Position numbers and translations under genes: made by a program. From the NCBI RefSeq assembly GCF_964355755.1, contig NC_092672.1, positions 21,589,237 through 21,653,236 of the forward strand: a stretch of DNA of 64,000 nt. The letters run 5' to 3'. Shown here one piece after another: positions 13,878 through 27,237 of this stretch; within the stretch, counting starts at the first letter, position 1; each line of letters opens with the position of its first letter. Below the pieces are notes generated by a model. It saw only the letters and a program-made list of their open reading frames with translations. It searched no databases and was not told where the DNA came from. The stretch comes from Antedon mediterranea (taxonomy: Eukaryota; Animalia; Echinodermata).

Positions 13878-14224
13878 TTTAAAATATCTGGTGCAGAAAA
13901 GTCATAGCTTATTAATTAAGACTGTTTTTTGTTGTAACTAGTGAAAATATCACAGGACTACTGTATGCTAAAATGTCGGGTGTTGGGATATTTGATGTAG
14001 TTCTCATTGTCATTCATTATGTTGTTTAGTGTACTTACTCCATATATTTTGTTTTATAAGGCTAGGTTTTGAGTTGATCTAGTTCATGTTTTGGGGGGTG
14101 GGTGTTTAATGGGGGTCTGGCGGACACAACCCACCACTTTAAATGTCTGACAATGGTCATATATTATACTAGGGATCATGCTGAACATTTTACAGCATGT
14201 TTTAAAAGGTTAGCTTTTCAGCTG

Positions 14225-15119
14225 ATCTGGGTCATTTTTGGGAGTGGGTGTTTAATGGGGGTCTGGCGGACACAACCCACCACTTAAAATGTCTGGCAAT
14301 GGTCATTTATTATACTAGGGATCATGCTGAACATTTTACAGCATGTTTTAAAAGGTTAGCTTTTCAGCTGATCTAGCTCATTTTTGGGAGTGGGGGTGTT
14401 TGACGGGGTCTGGCAGGCACAATCCACCACTGAAAATGTCTGGCAATGGTCATTCATAATAGTTATGAGTACATTGAACATTTTCCCACCAGTTTTAGAG
14501 GGTTAACTTTTAAGCTGATCTAGCTCATTTTTGGCCCTCCAGAAATGGGGGTCTGGCAGGTACCCCCCACCACTAAAATCGTCTGGCAATGTCCATTCAT
14601 TATATTTCACTCTATGTCAAACAATTTGCAAAATATTTCATGGGGTTAACTTTTCAGCTGATCTAGCTCAATTTTTCGGGGGTGGGGTGTTTGACGGAGT
14701 CTGGCGGGCACAATCCACCACTGAAAATGTCTGGCAATGGTCATTCATGATAATTTTGAGTTTATTGAACATTTTCCCACTAGTTTTAGAGGGTTAACTT
14801 TTAAGCTGACCTAGCTCATTTTTGGCCCTCCAGAAATGGGGGTCTGGCAGGCACCCCCCACCACTAAAATCGTCTGGCAATGGCCATTCCTTATATTTCA
14901 CTCTATGTCCAACAATTTGCAAAATATTTCATGGGGTTAACTTTTCAGCTGATCTAGATCATTTTTTTTACCCTTTACAATGTCCCTCCTAGCCACACCC
15001 ACCAAAAGAAACGCGCCAGACTGTCATTTCCATACATTGATATGTACGTAGATAATTGCCACATGCATAGAAATTGGTTAACTTTCCAGCTAGGTTGACC
15101 CCTCTGGGCTCCTGGTCTA
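14225..15119 (-). repeat. Right TIR of Academ (extra partial module extends in to ~14060)
   Basis: Reverse complement of the left TIR; mirrored ORFs 7072..7338(-) and 14531..14797(+) confirm this. Confidence 0.9.
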
Positions 15120-16284
15120 AATAGTTATTTCACCTGAAAAAATGTAATTTAAAGTAACAAATACTTAAATTGTCTGTCAGACAATGGTTTTTGGGTTTCT
15201 TTTCTTTTTTTATATGTGAATAAATATTATTTTTTGTTACAGAAGTGAATACTCAATTTCTGTCACTTTAGTTAATTTTATTGCTAAGGTCAAATCTGGG
15301 GGTCACTTCATCACCCTAGATATTTCAATTGTGAAATATCCTATTACAAACACAAACTTTAATGGACTGTTTCGATAATAATTCAATGAATATCTGACAG
15401 TAAATATACCAGAAATGCTTAGGGATCGACTATGACAGTGACAGTTTTAACAAAGTATTAAATCGCCAATGTTTTACTATATTTAGTCACCGTTAGTGGT
15501 ATATTATTTATAGGCCTATAAAAAATGAAAACAATATTTCGTTACTGACGTGGATAAAGAATATATTTAGAAAATGTTCCTCTTTGTACCTATCCTCTTT
15601 CCCATCCCTCAACCCTAATTGGATTTCTTTAAATGAATAAACAATTTGGACTCATTTTGTGGTAAGTTTCTCTTTCGGAAGTAATTCCCAGGGTGCTAAT
15701 TTTGGTTGACTACATAAATCATTGTGTCTACTTATTCGTTTCTGTAAACGACAATGTATTATAGTCCTGCGGTACGTGCATTTGAAATCGCCAGATTTTT
15801 TACCCTGAAATTACTGTGTATTCGAGAACCATCTGTGGGCACGACCTAGATGGTACGCAAGCGAAGTGAGCGTACCATCTAGTTCTAATAATTATTGATC
15901 CATAATTTCCCCTATGTTTCATATTTTTTTTTATTTTATTGTGCTACAATAAAGGAGAAATAAACGGTGTGGTAAAAAATATTACCAGATGACTAAATAT
16001 ATGTAATATAATAACATTTACATTTCTGGTGTTTTTATGCAATTTCAAATTTTTATTTTTGTGCTGTAGTTTAGTAAAACTAAATTTATCTTACCGGTTC
16101 CACCCTTTAAGAGAGAAAGGTCCTACTTCCCTTCCCTTGTAGTAGAGCACCATATCAAGAATGTTAAATAACGGGCAAGAGATGTAAATACTAAAATTGC
16201 TTGTTACAAACACTTTATTCACAGTACACATATGGCTAAATGCATATACAGTATAACAATATTACTATAAGCCCAATAGTATAC

Positions 16285-19200
16285 AGCCACATATGTAAGG
16301 AAAACTAGCTCCAGCTTGATATTTGTGCCAAAATAGATTTTATTGGCTAACTTTGTTATTCTTGAGTTGCTGAATTCAAAAAAATTAGGTGCCATTTTTG
16401 TATTTCAAAATGGCCGACATTCCACACTAAACTTTGTCATCCATGGTATCATCGGAAAGGGAATGTAATACTGATCATTTTATCCCATTACATCTATATA
16501 AAAAAATGCATAGTTACATAGTTATTTAACAATAAAACAAGTCACGTGACCAATAAAGGTCAAAAGGTCAACATTTTAATTTTCTCAAATACTTTACTGT
16601 TTGGTATCGTAGGATAGCTTTTTTTATTCTGAATACAGTTTTACTAATATCTATAATTCGATTTTCCTTTGTTTTTTGTCATAATTTTTCAATTATGTAA
16701 ATAAACTGTTTTTAAATGTACAATAAAAAAGGTCTTCTTCGTATTAAGATAAATACGGTTTTTCTTATTGGTTTTACAATTCATTCAAATGTTAGTAACA
16801 TTTATCTGGTTATAATAACAATTTCAGTGTGTGAAAATACTTTAAAGATGTATTGTCCCTTGAAACACAAAAAAATGAAGGTCAAAATATTCTAAATTTA
16901 AAGTGGCCATATCAAAGTAATATTAAAGTTATTCACTTTAAGTCGAAAATTCGAGCCAAAAACAACAAGTTTACGTAATTAACAGGTAAATTAGTTTGAT
17001 TACATTTCATCTGGAAAATCGTCACGAGCAAAAGTAAACAAAGATTTCAAACCATTAGTACGCATTATGCATATGCTAAATTAGGATTGTATACAACTCG
17101 TCGCGGTTAAGAAGGTATTTTCACACAGATCATGAGGAAGTTTTATGATTATGCATACAGAGTAGCCAAACAAGCGCGTTTCATTATGGGATATGTTTTG
17201 ATTGAAAACTTTGACTGGAAGTCAAAGTAATTTTTTTAACAAAAAAACGTCTGTATTTCAGTTAAATTATTTTTTTTTTCGAAAAATTTTTGGTGATAGT
17301 TAATAACTATTATGATACTTCAAAATGACCCACGTTTTTTCGAAATCTTTTATTTTTTATTTTTTTGGAATTAGTCAAAGGGACAATACATCTTTAATAT
17401 AAGTTTAGTTTAACTATCAAGGTCCTCGATATGCCCGGTTTTCGCATTGCAAGTAAAAAACAAGATCAAACAACCATTGCTTTGCAGGTAAATTAGTTGC
17501 AACGCAAACATGATCTTGGAGGTAAAGTAATTGATTTTAGTACCTTTATTTGAGCAAGTTCATACAACTACTACGGCAGAAACGTAACTTTGGAAAGTAA
17601 TTTAGATTTCTCTTAATTCTGCTAGTTAATGTAGTTTTATTTATAACTATATCCAGTGCAGTGGCATCTATGTTTTTTTTTCAAACATGGTTTTCTGCCA
17701 ATAGCATGGTTGCATGTTGTAAGCATAGGCCTATATATATAAAGTAAATCGATAAAAAACTTGTTTCTTATTTAAATTAATTTATATACATATTCTTATA
17801 TTATATATATTGGATATTTGTGTGACCATAAAGGAAGGATAGAAAACAGCTCATCTATACTGTGTATAAGTAGTCGAATAATCTTCCACCGTTTCAGATG
17901 ATAACATAATTATTGAATATACAATTAAATCGGTGGCATATGCTCATACTCATTAAGAATCAAATACTAACAACAAACGGATACAATGGGATCATGCCCA
18001 AGAACAATAAAATAATAATAATTCAAAACGCATCGATGACTGAAAAGCCGATTCCATCCCCTACCGGTGTGTGGTCGCACTTCACTCTTTAAAAAAAACC
18101 CCACTCCATTTTTGATAAATATAACTGAGACATGCAGTAAAAGTAACAAAATTAAAATACAAATTTATAAAAGGGAATTCAATAACATAAATCGTTACAT
18201 ACGGTACATATTTATAAAGTGTCTGTAGTTAAAAGATTTCGTTTTTCTCAAACTAATTTGAATATTATTGCTGGAAAGTAGATATTGCTTCCCTTTTTCC
18301 CGATAAATTCTTAAAGTTAAGTTACCACAAACAAGTATAGTTTGATTAATTATTCTATGTGACTTTTGATGATAACAACGTATAGTTAGGATTTATATTG
18401 CGATAATCACAAACCATACGTAAAAATCAAAGGGAATTTTTGGACGTTAAAAATACCGTAATTCGTTTCTCTACAATATCGATTGGTAGTTTGTAAAGGT
18501 AGTAAAGGCAGCAGTAGGACACTTACTTTTCTTTATTACGTGTAAACTGAGGTTCAAAGAGAAAGGGAAAGACATGCCAATTAACATTTGCATTGTGCAC
18601 AATGGCTTTATATTGTGTGGTACCCGCTTTGACAAAAATGCAAATGATTTTGAACGCTACGCAAATGATACCGTGACCCGTAGCATTTTTTTTCTTTTTA
18701 CGAAAAACAGAAATGTAAACTACCTAAAAAAAAAATAGATTCAGAATTTAAAAAGCTATCCAACGAAACAAAGCAAAGATGTGCTTTGACAACAGTTTAT
18801 TTCACCTTTGTTCACGGACAATAGTTATTTTGATTTTAAATTAAATAACTCGGAAACTTGACATTGAAGTTAAGTGTAATCCAGTACTGTACGGTACTTA
18901 TTCAGTATTTGGATAATATATAATATAAAACATATAAATGAACAATGACAAAGTCGAAAGAAAATCAAACAAACATTTGAATGAATGGTAAATCCAATAA
19001 GTAAAACCGTATTTATCTTAATAATTATGAATGAGACTACTTTTTTCATTGTTAAAATGAGTATAGCGAGGCATTTAATGAATAGGCAAACTGCCTTAAA
19101 ATGTGATATGTTTTGAGAAACTATTCTCATCATCAGAAGAACAGAAAACAACGCCTAAAGTACTTATATACCAATAGGACAGGTATGTAAATAAGGATTA

Positions 19201-19703
19201 GCATGATAAAACAACAAGGAACATTTAAAACAATTTATTTACATTTTTGGAAAATTATGACAATAAACAAAGTAAAATAGAATAGATATTAGTAAAACTG
19301 TATTCAGAATAAAAAGATCTATCCAACGATACCAAACAGTACAGTATTTTGGTGAAATTGCCTTTTAACCTTTTGACCTTTATTGATCACGTGATTTGTT
19401 TAATTTCGCAATTACTATGTAACTATGCATTTATTGATATGGGTGTAATGGAATAAAATAATCAGTATTACATTCCCTTTCCAATGATACCATGGATGAC
19501 CAGCTTTAGTGTGGAACGTCGGCCATTTTGAAATACAAAATTGCGGCTGAAGGAGTGGTCGAAAAAAATGGCACCTAACTTTTTTGGATTCAGCATCTCA
19601 AGAATAACAAAGTTAGCTAAAAAAATCTATTTTGGCACAAATATCGAACTGGAAGACATAATAACCCGTACTACAACGACTAGCAAACCTTTAACATGTG
19701 GCT
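16285..19703. mobile_element. Old non-autonomous TIR DNA transposon (~3.4 kb, ~350-400 bp imperfect TIRs), superfamily unassigned
   Basis: 16285..~16630 is the reverse complement of ~19310..19703 (e.g. atttgtgccaaaatagatt / aatctattttggcacaaat); no clear TSD, no ORF. Confidence 0.72.
16846..17393. mobile_element. Kolobok-like MITE, 548 bp
   Basis: TTAA|AGATGTATTGTCCCTTTGA…TCAAAGGGACAATACATCT|TTAA. Confidence 0.8.
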
Positions 19704-20335
19704 TACCTTTCATTGGTCATGCTTTTTAACAACCTACCTTCAACCCCTGCGTTAGCGGCTGCGGTAACACTAACCCAGCGAATGCTATGCAGTCCAAATA
19801 TACTCATTGTACCCACAGCATAAAATATCCTTAAACAGCACGGCAGCGTGAATAGGACATCTTTCTAGCATGTGGCTACTAGTTGATTTCACTGACTAAA
19901 TAGTGCTAATGTGGTTCCATGCCTTCTACTCTCTATATCAGCATGTATAAAGACCTAGACCCAGGTATCTGTGTCCAACAATAGTGTCCAACCACCAATA
20001 GTTCTTGATAGTTCAAACACTGAATTATTTAATATTTTAAATGAACTAAAATTTACACTATGTAGTATTTTTGTAAAAAATTAATAAAATATGAACTTAA
20101 TGTTGATTTTCCTTTTACCTACCGTAACCTTGTATTATTTTAGGTAAATACAGAATTTCATTTACAGTATTGTTGTACAAAACTATGGAACAATCAAGTC
20201 CTTCTGTTTCTGAATTATTTCTTGTAGATGTTAAATCTTTGATTAGTTTTACACCTTTTCACCTTCTGTCAATTATTTAAAAATTACTGACATTCAGTGA
20301 TTGAAGTTTCTCCTTCATCTAATGTTCAAGCAGTA

Positions 20336-21429
20336 TCTATATATAAATTTACGTAAGGGCAAAATTCGGTAAATCGCGCGTTACTTCTAGAATGTTTACT
20401 CGATGGTATATAAAGTTGGTTCGTACTTTCGGTACTGATTTTAACCACCTGATGTAACCCTGTTTACTAATTAAATTGAGTCAGATAATTAGTTATTGGC
20501 AATTAAAACGAATTTAGGTTCAACGATTTGCCCCAAATAGGGGTGTTTTCCGATCGTGGTATACACTGTCTAATGCATGTCCATCGTGAAAAATACCCGC
20601 ATACAATAATACGAGGATGCTTCGCATTTTCCTATCTCCTCCTACGATAACTGTTTTTAATGGCTGAAAACCGGTTGAACAGCTCGAGTACAGCATCATA
20701 ATGTTGAAGACAGGCCGATTTTCTTTAAAAAAATACTATTTTGATAGATTTAATATACGTTTATACAAATGTATTGATTTGCAATGAATGGAACATTCCA
20801 AATTATTTCGTTTAACCATACTTGCATACCTCCATGGTTTAACACAAGTAGGTAAATTTATAGACCCTTGGAGAATAAACAGAAATAGTATTGTAATTCT
20901 ATACAATACTGCAAATAGGTATTAACCACTTTTGATCGCCATTTGAATCAAAAGTGTGTTGGTATACTGTTAGATATAATATAAACAAATATACTAATAA
21001 ACGTTATCACTGTGAGTGTGTGGGTAGCCCCTACTTTTAGATTATAAACACATAATAATATAATACTTTATTACTGTCAGTTGTTTCTCAACGTTTGTAT
21101 TAATTAATAATTACAAAAATATAAACGTATTAGTGGTCTTTAAATGTACTGTACTTCACTATTTCAAACGACCATGAGACAGTGACAGTTTTAATAAAGT
21201 ATTAAATCGGAAATGTTTTACTCTATTTAGTGGTATATTATTTATAGGCCTATAAAAAAAATATTTCGTTACTGAGTGGATATAAAAGAAATATAAAGAA
21301 TAATTTAATATAAAGAATATATTAAAAAATTGTTCCTCTTTGTACCTCATCCCCAACGCTCAACTCTAATGACAAGTTTCTAGGTGCTAATTTTGGTTGA
21401 CTACATAAATCATTGTGTCTATCATCTAG
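20336..21429 (+). mobile_element. Non-autonomous Helitron copy 2 (subterminal deletion)
   Basis: A|TC…CTAG|T; high similarity to 6031..6650 and 15430..15730. Confidence 0.82.
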
Positions 21430-21699
21430 TTGTTATAATTTTTTTTATTGAGAATTGTCCTATAATTTCACACATCAATTAATTATTATTATTATTTGAA
21501 ATCAAAATAAAATGTACATTGACTTAGGAATGTATTTAATAATTGCCCTGATTTAATGCATAACTATTAATTTAAATTGTATACTGGCTTTTTCTTTTTA
21601 TCCAAATGTACATATGAAAAACATAAGCACTCATTTTGAGGACTTGTGATGAGTTGAAAATCAAATAACAATATTATCAAGTTAAAGTTCAATACAATT

Positions 21700-22860
21700 T
21701 TTTTCGTAATGGTCAAATGAATGCAAAACAGAAAATATATTTAGGTTACATTAATTTGTTTAAAAAGTAGCATGAAAACATAAAGTGAATTACATGAATA
21801 AAGGTAATAACTATACAGGAACCAAAACTTAAAATAAATAAATAAAATCAACAGAAATATAGACAATAGCATATTATTTTATCAGAAAAGTAGTTGGAGA
21901 GATAATGATTTTCAATTATTATATAAAAGTTTTTCTGATTAGAAACAATGGTTAAATCAAGACTATTCCACTTATATTTGGGGAAAACAATATTTTTTGT
22001 TTAAAACAATTGCCAAACTCTGCAATCCTCAAAAAAACATAGCAAACCTCATTTAACCAACATAAAAGTGATTGAATAAGTTGTGTACAACTCACTTGGT
22101 TTGTCAATTAACAAATTTAAATATATTTTTGTTAAATACTTAATTTTGTGGTTAAGCATCATTTTTTGGTTTAAAAACAATATTGATAAACCTTCACCGC
22201 CCCAAACAATGTTACAATAATGTATAAGTAAAACATTTTATTTTAATTTCTTTAGAATACTAATATATTTAGATATTTTATTTGAGAAAAATTGTTGGCA
22301 GCCAATAATCTAATTAAAAGACCAAGGAATGATACTTCACTTTTTTCAATTAATTTTGCATTAAAAAATATAACAATTGTTGTGTGTAAGTTCACTAATA
22401 CAATTAGTTTTAGTCGTATTAATTAATAATTAGTTTGTAGTGAATAATTTACTAACTTACTTAACTTTAAATTTAAAAAGTTCAACAAGACAATATTGTT
22501 ATTAAAATGTAAAGTTGTATTATCTGCATAAAAAAATTTGTCTGAAAGATTTACTAATTATTAATTTGAAATAATGATTTCGATCTGTAAAATATCTTTT
22601 AAACCAATCTAAGAAAGGCTCCAAAATACCATAACGAAACCACTTGAAAATATCATGGTTTACAACATCAAAAGTTTTTGATAAATCTTGAAAAGTACTT
22701 TCAAAAGCAGTATTAACAGAATTAGTGAGTTCAAGAAAAGCATGACAAGTGGTATTGTATGCATACAATTTTCAATATTTTTTTGAAAAAATGGGTAAAA
22801 TTAAGATTGGTATAAAAGTATCCGTTTTTAAATACAGGATTTACATTTAATATGATTAGG
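21700..22860 (-). pseudogene. Degenerate non-LTR retrotransposon reverse transcriptase (CR1/L2 group); boundaries approximate
   Basis: FQDLSKTFDVVNHDI…YGI…LDWFKRYFTDR resembles the RT motif FLDLSKAFDTVNH…YGI…L.WF.SYL..R. Confidence 0.7.
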
Positions 22861-23015
22861 TACAGAACCCATCATGAATGATTAATTAATGGCGTATGTG
22901 AGATGGCTTATGAAGCAACCTTTTTAAGAATCATGCTCTGAACCTTTACTAGAATTCAAATTATTAATTATATTAAGCACTTCTGTTTCAGATATAAATG
23001 GGAGGTGGTAATTAA

Positions 23016-24404
23016 GAGATTTGGTCTTTGCCATTTTAGACTATATAGAATTACAGAGTTTTACAAATGTGGCTATACTTTTTATATCTTGAAATATTTG
23101 AACTTTTATGAATTTTTAAAAGTTTATGCTAATGTTTACTAAATTTATTTAGGTGGGTGTCATCAATAGTTGTTTTAGTGTTTTGGTTTTTTTTAACTTC
23201 AAAAAGTATATAAAAAAATGTATCCAACATTAGGATTAAGTCTACAGTTTAGACGAATCAGTTTGTCATTAATGGAATGCAGTAGAAGTAAAATTGAGAA
23301 AAATTACAAATGCAATCAATTCTTTGTATTTATAAAAACGCCATTTTTTACGTTTTTTTTAAATTACTTTCCTTAGTTACACATAGAAATGGTTGCTAAG
23401 GTAACACTATAGGTAAAATATGAAAATTGTTGAGAATTGTTATGAACTATCTTGTAAATTTTGATAAAACATTAATAGTTGTAGTAAAGTGGGGACCTGT
23501 CCTGTTTTGCATTCTGACCCCTTTTGACCTCAAATGACCTATTTACAAGGTCAGATTTTTTGGGAGGTCTTTCTGTATCCCTTTACACAAAATAGATTTT
23601 AAAATTTATAAAAACCATTGACGCAATTATTTCCAAGTTTAACATTATTTTCCATCAACTAAATATTTCAATGCAAAATACTGTTTTTCTGGCAATTAAT
23701 TGAAATAAACCTGGCAACACATTCTCCTATTTTATCTAAACTATTCGTATGACTCTAGTAGCATTATGACAAGCCACATATACATTTTATTATTGGATTA
23801 GCCATATTTAAATTGTGTTTCATGTGTTTTGTTAGTTGATATTTTGTTATATTTTTTGTATTTTTCGTATTTTCCTGGCAACACAAAACCTATGTACAAA
23901 ATTTACCCCAGTGTTTTTTTCGTGATTATTGTTGACAAACCTATTGACTATCAAATTAAAAAACCTCATTGATTTAAAAACACCACTTTGGAAGTTATAG
24001 GTACGTTTATGAGGTATACTTTTATAAAAAAAATATTTTTTAAAAACACCCCTTTTTAAAATAATGGTATCAACCAAACTCCATTTTGTAATTTTTTTTT
24101 TTCTACATTAAATGGAACTCAATACATGTTGTTTACACTGCTATAAACAAAAACTGTATACTGTAAGTATTTTTGGTTCAAATAAGTATACAAAGTTTGT
24201 ACTTTTTCACTATAGAAAATCTGTGAAAAATGGCAAAAACATCAAAATTTGGATAATTGACTGTTGCCATGGCAACGGAGGCTAAAAAATAAATGAATGT
24301 TGTAGATATGCTTTTTATTGAAATGTCTATTCATGGTAAAAATTTGAGAGAAATCCATTTCTTACATCTGGCACCAAATCTTTGATTTTTACAGACAATG
24401 GCTC
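23016..24404. mobile_element. Degenerate Kolobok-like element; partial duplicate at 30252..31290
   Basis: TTAA|GAGATTTGGTC…GACAATGGCTC|TTAA imperfect TIR. Confidence 0.45.
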
Positions 24405-26782
24405 TTAAAGTTTAGTTAGCAAAGTTCAAAAGGATGAATTAAAACACCTAATAAAAACCTTAAAAAGAGGCTACAAGGATGCTTGTTTTTCTTGTCTTAC
24501 CATTATTGAATAAATGTTATTAAATTGAAATTAAATTGAATTGAATTCACAACCACCACATATTTAATATACATTAATGACAAAATATGATGTTTTAATT
24601 AAGTTTAACTAAAAATGAAAAACTACAATGTGTATTCCATGCGTACTGTACATCCATTTTTTATTGTTGCAAAGTCTCAAAATGACGCAATGAACTTTAC
24701 TCCGTCCATTGGATTGAATGTTAAATTGACCAAATATAAGTCCTGATAATGAACAGAACAGAGTATGCTCATAAGCATGCACAGATTAATATTTTGTGTA
24801 GATTACCGTATCCTTTCATTTACCGTCCCCTTTGTCTACCATCCTGTCATAAAGTCGCTAGTAGGTTTTATTGTAAATTAACAGCACACTACGTGCAACA
24901 GCTAATACAGTAGTACTAATCATTGTCAGTATTTTCATTTTTGTTGTAAATGTATAGTCAACAGAGACCTCTTAGAATCAGGCTTCTGAGTCATGTCAGT
25001 CATACATTCTACTCATTCACCCTTTACCAAAAATTTGGGATTTTTAAAATGTCTTTCTTTCCATCATATATATTCATTTATGACTGACAATTTCATTCTT
25101 ATAGTTTCATTCTACTGTAAAACAATAATACTCTCTTTGTCATTACATTCAGCCTCTTACATTAACATTCAAATTAATTCAGAATAAATACATTTGAATG
25201 ATGAAGCCTAAAAAAACAAAAAACAGAATAACTAAAATACAAATAAATTGGTATATTTCTATACCTTATAACACAAGAATCTCCTGTTCGTCCGAAGCGT
25301 GTAACAATTTCGAAAGGCATTGTGAGATAGAATAGAGCTAATGGGTGGCGCCATTGTGAGCCATGGAGTAGCGTGCCCTCATCAAATTAGAAAGTCAAAA
25401 TCATAGAGGGGATCTGCTAATACTATAGGGGGATAGAGTAATTGACTGAGCCCTCTATAGGAATTAATAGTTTTGACTTCCTAGTTTGGAGGGGGAGCTG
25501 CTCCATGCTGTCAAATGGCTTCGCCCAGTTTGACTTTTTAACCCTGTACATCTAGTACTACTATAAGTTCTTTGCTTTGATGTAGATGATGATACATAAA
25601 ACTGTTATAAAGCCTACCAAACATACAGTGCTAGTTGACGGTGATTATTTGCTTTTTTGTTAAAAGTAAATAATAGTCAACCAGAAATAAAACTTGGTTT
25701 ACTAAAAACTAAGCTTTGGTTGTCAACACAATGTAGGCGCTACGCAAGCGAGTTGACCAATAACAAGCAACAGTTTGGATAATCCATCACATTGTGATTG
25801 GTCAATTTGCTTGATTTAATTTCCAAAAAATTTGGATAGACTACAGACAAATGGACAGACTAAATTTTGGGACAAACAAACTTATTACATGCAAGTATTA
25901 CTCAGTAATCACCTCTGTAGTCCCATGGGTACTCTTTTAAATAGTTATTGATTACAGTGCCTTAAAATGTTCTTTAAATAATAATTGTGTAAATTGATTT
26001 GACCAGGACCTTACCATGCCAAACCATATCAATACTTTTAGTTACAATTGTAGATAATATATTGATATTCATTTGTAGCTATACACTAGGCTTCATTATC
26101 TTAAGGTTATTAGAGTGTGCGTAACAGCAGTATGATCATACACACTATCATGACAACTACTGTATTACAGTACTTATGATGTACACAGCCTATTTAATAC
26201 TTAGTTGAAATGCCATTATTAGACATTTTTAATCATTGATTTATTTAGAGAACTTAATAAAACTTCACCAGAAGTTATAGAATGGTCATATCAGTTGTAT
26301 TCTGATTGTTTATACTACTATAACAATATATGTTCACATTTTGTAGTAATACACTACCAACATGTATAGATAGTATTTACAATACCCATCTGAATAATTA
26401 TACTACACCTTAATCTGAATACCTTATCCAACCTGAATACAGTATTTATACAGCGAATACTGTTTCGTAGTTTCATTCCATAAAACCATAATTTAACATC
26501 AAATAAATAGTCATAACATTAAATCTTCTTTATTTTAATAGATTCATCTCTTTGTTTTCTTTTGAAAAAGATTTTAATATACACCCCAAAAATAAACATC
26601 TACCCTGTATGTGATGATACACATGGGGTCAAATCATTTTTCTATTCGACCTATTCGCTATCCGTCGCTAGGACAGAATAATCTGGATTTTTTTTCTTTT
26701 ACATAATCCAAGTTAATCAACTACCACACTTTATTTCAAAAGATAACATTTTTTAGCATAATTATTTTTTCTGTAAAATGGC

Positions 26783-27210
26783 TGCATAATATAGTTATCC
26801 ACACCTTGGCGGATAACTCCTTGTGATTGTATAAAATCATCATCAACTTTTTTTACCTGTATTATTCTTCTTTCATTCAATATTTCATAACTTCGTAAAG
26901 TTGTGCACCTACTATTTTTTTTAAACGTCAGAGTTGCGCAACATGACTTTCGTGCGATTTTATGAATTTGAATGATTGTCAAATGTCATTTTGTATTGAC
27001 ACTTTTTTAATTTAAGTCATATCAAGAGTCAACTTTCTATGGATTAAAAATGGCATGTTTCACAAAGTTACGCGCACAAGATTTCTTACAACCAACACCT
27101 GCACTTGCTGTAACTTAATGCGTATTCTCAGTTTGTGAACTTAATTCTCTTGAATTTTTCATTATTTAAGCCTTAAAATAATTGAAAAGTCAATTAAACC
27201 ATATCAACTT
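26783..27210 (+). mobile_element. Older 5' fragment of the same Helentron-like group (duplicate at ~33688..34105)
   Basis: agttatccacaccttggcggataactccttgt and gtcagagttgcgcaacatgact are shared with the 39593 family. Confidence 0.6.
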
Positions 27211-27237
27211 TATTTTAATGACTAATACTGATTTTTA

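Larger units (their letters stand above)
6750..15119 (+). mobile_element. AcademX DNA transposon, 8370 bp, structurally complete
   Basis: Ends TAGAGCAGGAGCCC… and …GGGCTCCTGGTCTA; 3-bp TSD AAT (6747-6749 and 15120-15122); ~0.9 kb TIRs; encodes an Academ-type transposase plus an XPG-like domain. Confidence 0.92.
6031..15882 (+). mobile_element. Non-autonomous Helitron copy 1 (~1.5 kb net), interrupted by the Academ
   Basis: A|TCTATATATA 5' end; CTAG|T 3' end with hairpin ctagatggtacgc…gcgtaccatctag (15846..15882); homologous to three other copies. Confidence 0.8.

Noticed and set aside
6752-15117. Alternative boundaries giving a TA TSD (Tc1/mariner-like)
   Set aside because: The protein is Academ-type, TAG..CTA ends with an AAT duplication fit that family, and the related unfilled sequence at ~46976 has a single AAT.
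23847-26982. Short ORFs repeated almost identically at 30730, 31882 and 33628, and the pair 40302/41760
   Set aside because: Identity reflects DNA duplication or repeat copies rather than coding constraint; composition is typical of AT-rich noise.
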